This document shows positions 58,690 to 64,000 of a stretch of DNA of 64,000 nucleotides, in pieces. The position numbers were made by a program, and so were the translations under genes. The first letter of the stretch is position 1. Each line of letters starts with the position of its first letter. The DNA is from Somniosus microcephalus (taxonomy: Eukaryota). The notes under the pieces are model-generated. The model was not told where the DNA came from, did not search any database, and saw nothing but the letters and a program-made list of their open reading frames with translations. Where the stretch lies: positions 454,212,001 to 454,276,000 of the forward strand of contig CM126202.1 in assembly GCA_052327205.1 (NCBI GenBank). The letters run 5' to 3'.

Positions 58690-60073
58690 AAGAATCATAG
58701 AAAGTTACGACACAGAAGGAGGCCATTCGGCCCATCGTGTCTGTGCCGGCCGACAAAGAGCTCTCCAGCCTAATCCCACTTTCCAGCTCTTGGTCCGTAG
58801 CCCTGTAGGTTACGGCACTTCAAGTGCCTATCCAAGTACTTTTTAAATGTGATGAGGGTTTCTGCCTCTACCACCCTTTCAGGCAGTGAGTTCCAGACCC
58901 CCACCACCCTCTGGGTGAAGAAAGTTCCCCTCAACTCCCCTCTAATCCTCTACCAATTACTTTAAATCTATCCCCCCTGGTTCTTAACCCCTCTGCTAAG
59001 GGAAATAGGTCCTTCCTATCAACTCTATCTGAGCCCCTCATAATTTTATACACCACAATAAGGTCTCCCCTCAGCCTCCTCTGTTCCAAAGAAAACAACC
59101 CCAGCCTATCCAGTCTTTCCTTATAGCTAAAATTCCCCAGCCCAGGCAACATCCTCATAAATCTCCTCTGCACCCTCTCTTGTGCAATCACATCTTTCCT
59201 GTAATGTGGTGACCAGAATTGCATGCAGTAATCTATCTGTGGCCTAATGTTTTATACAGTTCAAGCATAACCTCCCTACTCTTATATTCTATGCCTCGGC
59301 TAATAAAGGAAAGTATCCCGTATGCCTTCTTAACCACCTTATCTACCTGTCCTGCTACCTTCAGGGATCTGTGGACATGCACTCTAAGGTCCCTCTTTCC
59401 TTCTATGCTTCTCAGTGTCCTACTATTTATTGTGTATTCCCTTGCCCCGTTAGCCCTCCCCAAATGCATTAGCTCACACTTCTCCAAATTGAATTCCATT
59501 TGCCACGTTTCTGCCCACCTGACCATTCCATTAATATCTACCTGCAGTCCACAGCTTCCTTCCTCAGTATCAACCACACGGCCAATTTTTGTATCATCTG
59601 CGAACTTCTTGATCATGCCTCCTACATTGAAGTCTAAATCATTGATATATACTACAAAAAGCAAAGGACCGAGTACTGAGCCCTGCGGAACCCCACTGGA
59701 AACAGCTGTCCAGTCATAAAAACACCCATCGACCATTACCCTTTGCTTCCTGCCTCTGAGCCAATTTTGGATTCACCTTGTCACTTTCCCTTGGATCCCA
59801 TGGGCTTTTACTTTTCTGACCAGTCTGCCATGTGGGACCTTGTCAAAAGTCTTGCTAAAATGTAGACTACATCAAACGCGCTACCCTCATCGACCTTCCT
59901 TGTTACCTCCTCAAAAAATTCAATCAAGTTAGTCAGACACGAACTTCCCTTAACAAATCCACGCTGACTGTCCTTGATTAATCCGTGCCTTTCTAAACGA
60001 CGGTTAATACTGTCCCTCAGAATTTTTTCCAATAATTTGCCCACCACCGACGTAAGGCTGACCAGCCTGTAAT
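58690..60073 (-). mobile_element. CR1 RT/3' fragment
   Basis: [27 protein letters not shown]; tail TTCTATGATTC. Confidence 0.9.
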
Positions 60074-60082
60074 TAGGGCTGA

Positions 60083-60426
60083 CAGGGCTTTGATGAGACC
60101 ACACCTGGAGTACTGTGCACAGTTTTGGTCTCCTTATCTAAGGAAGGATATACTTGCCTTGGAGGCGGTGCAACGAAGGTTCACTAGATTGATTCCTGGG
60201 ATGAGAGGGCTGTCCTATGATGAGAGATTGAGTAGAATAGGCCGATACTCTCTGGAGTTTAGAAGAATGAGAGGTGATCTCATTGAAACATACAAGATTC
60301 TGAAGGGGATTGACAGGATAGGTGCAGGGAGGCTGGTTCCCCCTGGCTGGAGAGTCTAGAACTAGGGGGCATAGTCTCAGGATAAGTGGTAGGCCATTTA
60401 GGACAGAGATGAGCAGAAATTTCTTT
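60083..60426 (+). mobile_element. CR1 fragment
   Basis: [18 protein letters not shown]. Confidence 0.85.
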
Positions 60427-60469
60427 ATATGTTCATCCACTAATAACTCCTGTTAGCCTAGATATTACA

Positions 60470-60697
60470 TCAACAACAACTTGTATTTGCATAGTGTCTT
60501 TAATATAGTAAAACATCCTAAGGTGCCGGAAGCATTATCAAACAAAATTTGACACCAAGCCAAATAAAGAGAGATTTGGACAGGTGAGGGTAGGTTTTAG
60601 GGAGCAACTTAAAGGAGAGAGAGTTAGAGGCGGAGAGGTTTAGGGAGGGAATTCCAGAGCTTAGGGCCCAGGCAACTAAAGGCACGGTCACCAATGC
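60470..60697 (-). mobile_element. L2 3' fragment
   Basis: (CAA)n and GGTTTAGGGAGGGAATTCCAGAGCTTAGGGCC. Confidence 0.75.
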
Positions 60698-61084
60698 AAA
60701 TCGGTTACTATTGGTGATATCACTACAGTGGTCTCGCTCTCTCTCTTAATCGCAACATCTGTTCACCAGTGGTGCATCGACTCCTGAAACTGAAATATTA
60801 GTCATGGCATTTTCAGTTGGAGAAAGCATTTGGCTTGTGGTATTTTTTCTCGGGATGTGGGCATCGCTGGCAAGGCCAGCATTTATTGCCCATCCATCCC
60901 TAGTTGCCCTTGAGAAGGTGGTGGTGGTGAGCCGCCTTCTTGAACCACTGCAGTCCGTGTGGTGAAGGTGCTCCCACAGTGCTGTTTGGTAGAGAGTTCC
61001 AGGAATTTGACCCAGCGACGATGAAGTAGCGACGATGTATGTCATGAAATCTCACGGGAGGAGATGTATTTTATTTAGCATATC

Positions 61085-61530
61085 AGTTTGGCTCCTTTTG
61101 TGATTGAGCCAGAAGGTTGTGGGGTCAAACTTCATTGCAGAACCTGAGCACGTAGAGGATGAATTTCCGTGGGGATTTTCCCGCTCTTCTGCCAAAGTTG
61201 CAGTGGACAAGTGGAAGAACCCCCGTTAAAAGTCACCCCCATAAACGAGACAGAAACTTCAGTGTAGTACTGGGGGAAAGCTATATTGCCAGAGGTCCCG
61301 TCTTCCAGATAAGATGTCCAGGTGACGTCAGGTGGATGTAAAAGATCCCAATGTGCCAATTAAGGAAGTTCTTCTGGTCAATGTTCATCTCGCAACCAAA
61401 ACTGGTTATTCATTTATTTGCTATTTGTGGGATCTTGCTGTGTGGAAATTGGCCCGTGCATTTGCCTACATAACAACGGTGACTATACGTCAAAAGTAAT
61501 GAATTGGCTGTAAAGCACTCTGGGATGCGA
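61085..61530 (+). mobile_element. Decayed DeuSINE
   Basis: CAGAAGGTTGTGGG, GGTGGATGTAAAAGATCCCA, TTGGCTGTAAAGCAC. Confidence 0.6.
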
Positions 61531-61557
61531 AGGCAAGTATATAAAGTATATAATATA

Positions 61558-61935
61558 TTAGGGTGACCTAATAGAGGTTTTTAAAATTATGAAAGGTTTT
61601 GATAGAGTGGATACAGAGAGAGTGTTTCCACTTGTGGGGAAGAGCATAACTAGAGGCCATCAATATAAGATAGTCACCAAGAAATCCAATAGGGAATTCA
61701 GAAGAAACTTCTTTATCCGGAGAGTGGTGAGAATGTGGAACTCACTACCACAGGGAGGGGTTGAGGCGAATAGTATCGATGCATTTAAGGGGAGGCGCAT
61801 GAGGGAGAAGGGAATAGAGGGTTACGCTGATAGAGTTAGATGGGGAAAGACGGGAGGAGGCTGGAGTGGAGCATAAACACCGGCATGGACTGGTTGGGCC
61901 GAATGGCCTGTTTCTGTGCCGTATATCCGATGTAA
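61558..61935 (+). mobile_element. CR1 3' fragment
   Basis: MKGFDRVD..RRNFFIRRVVRMWNSLPQ. Confidence 0.85.
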
Positions 61936-63344
61936 TCACAGGTAAGTGCAAATTCCTTCTGTAAAACTGCACTAAAAGGAAAATAATAAATATTGGATAG
62001 GAAATTCACAATTTGGTTTGAACTTGTTTCATCATTATAATAGCACGGTTTATTTTCCTCTTTTAAGGTTGCCCCTGTTTAAAAAAAACATTGAAGTGGA
62101 TTTGGCAAAGAAATGAAATTATTTAAAATGGACGTGCAGGTCTCTTTTTGTCCTTGCTCTGGAGAGGTCTCCGCAGGTCAGGTTCCAGATATCGAGCTGT
62201 GATCGCAGTGTGCAGGGGCCGACTGCGGGATGACTTCACAATACGATAGCAACCTCAAAAGTGCAAACCGCAAAGACACTAAAACGTCAATCCTTGTTAG
62301 CGAGTCTCATACAGGTTTACGTAGAGTGCCTGTGAAATGCAATAATGGGGACAGGCCCAGGGTGTAGATTCTGAGGTTCGCTACTGATTGCACGACTCCC
62401 CAGTCCAGCACACATCACCCAGCACATTCCTTGTCATTCTGCAGTGCTGTGTTCAGAAGGCGTTCTCTCAGACTCCAGCGTGTCCTTGTGCCCTTGTCCA
62501 TTCTTTGGAAGAATGCCTGATGCTTTGCCTTTGGTGGGAACCACAGTTTGTTTCTTTTTTTTAAAATTCAGAGCTTTTCAATGCGACGGCACTGAGGCTA
62601 CATTCAGTGTGCGGCTAAAGGAGTACAGATTGACAGAGCCAGGCTTCGGAGGCATGGGTCTGATTGGCTACTCCTGCAGCTCTCAGCAGTTTCAGTCAAA
62701 AGCAGCAGCGATGTAATTGCAGGGTCAGGAATCAGCATTCAGGAAGAGCCAATTAACTTTCTCAGGAAGGTCCAAAAACATAAGACTTTACGATAAGATG
62801 TTCAGCTGCCTCATCGCATTTCTTGTTTTTATATTATTGCACCATGTGATGCATATTTAACCATAGGAATACTACCTATTCAGCCTGACTGCTGCTTTCG
62901 TCATTCAAATTGTCGTCCCAATTTGACTAAGCTCTTCCTTGGGAATGTCGTATTGAACATGTTTATACTTGTACTGATATTTTTCATTGGAGTACAAGGC
63001 ACACAGCAATTTTAGAATGAATGTAATAGACTTTTGTATCAATTGGAGGTTCAGTTATATGTCTGGACAAGAACCTCCCTGAAAATGCAATGGAAGGAAA
63101 GCTTTATGGTGGAACAAAAATACAGTCAGTGTTGCCCAGCCAGCTGCATCGCCATCAGGCAATGCCCTGTCAGCCATGGCTCAGTGGGTCGCTCTCTCTA
63201 GGTGGGAGGGGCTAGGAGTGAGCAGGTGCTGCTGGGGGCTTGATTGCTGCAGGGAGTTGGAGCAAGTTTGTAAAAAGTTGGTGGTGGGCCTTTCAGAAAC
63301 ATAGAAACGTGCTGTGATTATCTCTCTGCCGAGGTGTGATAAAG

Positions 63345-63547
63345 GGCAGTTAGAAAGATTACCTGTAATCATCTGGCAGTTTCTCTGCCTATATATGCTG
63401 TGCCTGTATGCTTCTCTTCACTTCACCTGATGAAGGAGCAGCGCTCCGAAAGCTTGTGATTTCAAATAAAGTTGTTGGACTATAACCTGGTGTTGTGTGA
63501 CTTCCTACATTTGTCCACCCCAGTCCAACACCGGCATCTCCACATCA
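63345..63547 (+). mobile_element. Penelope-type terminal repeat fragment (second family)
   Basis: TATATA, hammerhead motif, AATAAA, then a GTTGGACT..AGTCCAAC inverted pair: a pLTR-like layout. Confidence 0.6.
63423..63459 (+). ncRNA. Minimal type I hammerhead ribozyme
   Basis: TCAC-CTGATGA-A-GGAGC-AGC-GCTCC-GAAA-GC-TT-GTGA: all core nucleotides present and both stems paired. Confidence 0.88.
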
Positions 63548-63548
63548 C

Positions 63549-63695
63549 AGAAACATAGAAACATAGAAGATAGGAGCAGGAGTAGGCCATTTGGCCCCTC
63601 GAGCCTGCTCCGCCATTTAATGAGATCATGGCTGATCATCCAAATTCAGTACCCTGTCCCTGCTTTCTCCCCATATCCCTTGATCCCTTTAGCCT
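63549..63695 (-). mobile_element. Young CR1 3' tail
   Basis: (AGAAACAT)n plus the shared 3' UTR. Confidence 0.88.
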
Positions 63696-63933
63696 GGGCA
63701 GCACGGTGGCATAGTGGTTAGCACTGTTGCCTCACAGCGCCAGGGACCCGGGTTCGAATCCAGCCTCGGGTGACTGTCTGTGTGGAGTTTGCACATTCTC
63801 CCCGTGTTTGCGTGGGTTTTCTCCAGGTGCTCCGGTTTCCTCCCATAATCCAAAGATGTGCAGGTTAGGTTGATTGGCTATGATAAATTGACCCTTAGTG
63901 TTAGGGGGATTAAATACATGGGGTTACAGGAGA
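63696..63933 (+). mobile_element. HE1-like V-SINE, interrupted at ~63934 by GC-rich sequence running off the window
   Basis: A and B boxes and V-domain nearly identical to 2497-2730. Confidence 0.85.
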
Positions 63934-64000
63934 TAGCAGGGAGGAGCAGCGAGGAGGAGCCCGGTACAAAAACCGGCGACCAGCGAGGCCCGAGACCACG

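Noticed and set aside
62426-62580. Possible terminal coding exon on the minus strand (..SGILPKNGQGHKDTLESERTPSEHSTAE*)
   Set aside because: In-frame stop ~48 codons upstream, no clear splice acceptor and no recognisable family.

Overview
Repeat-dense vertebrate DNA, almost certainly from a cartilaginous fish (shark-like): it carries HE1/V-SINEs, SacSINE1-like DeuSINEs and HER1/CR1 LINEs, all recognised from memory rather than by a search. I found no host protein-coding exon. The window is a stack of nested mobile elements. (1) A complete PIF/Harbinger transposon (42828-47142; 16-bp TIRs, AGT TSD) with an uninterrupted DDE transposase and a three-exon Myb/SANT gene, plus two matching ~0.7-kb MITEs. 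(2) A nearly intact full-length CR1 LINE (10265-14610) whose esterase-type ORF1 ends on an in-phase U_UUA_AAC slippery heptamer that opens directly into ORF2 in the -1 frame. (3) A Penelope-like element and a second Penelope-type terminus, each with a minimal type I hammerhead ribozyme. (4) A short retroposon with a 5S rRNA-derived head and a Rex1/Babar-type tail, sitting in a 7-kb C-rich satellite, with a candidate partner LINE 10 kb away. (5) RTE, RTEX-like, Rex1/Babar and L2 fragments and two large GC-skewed tandem arrays, whose long ORFs are artefacts. All coordinates and alignments were read by eye.
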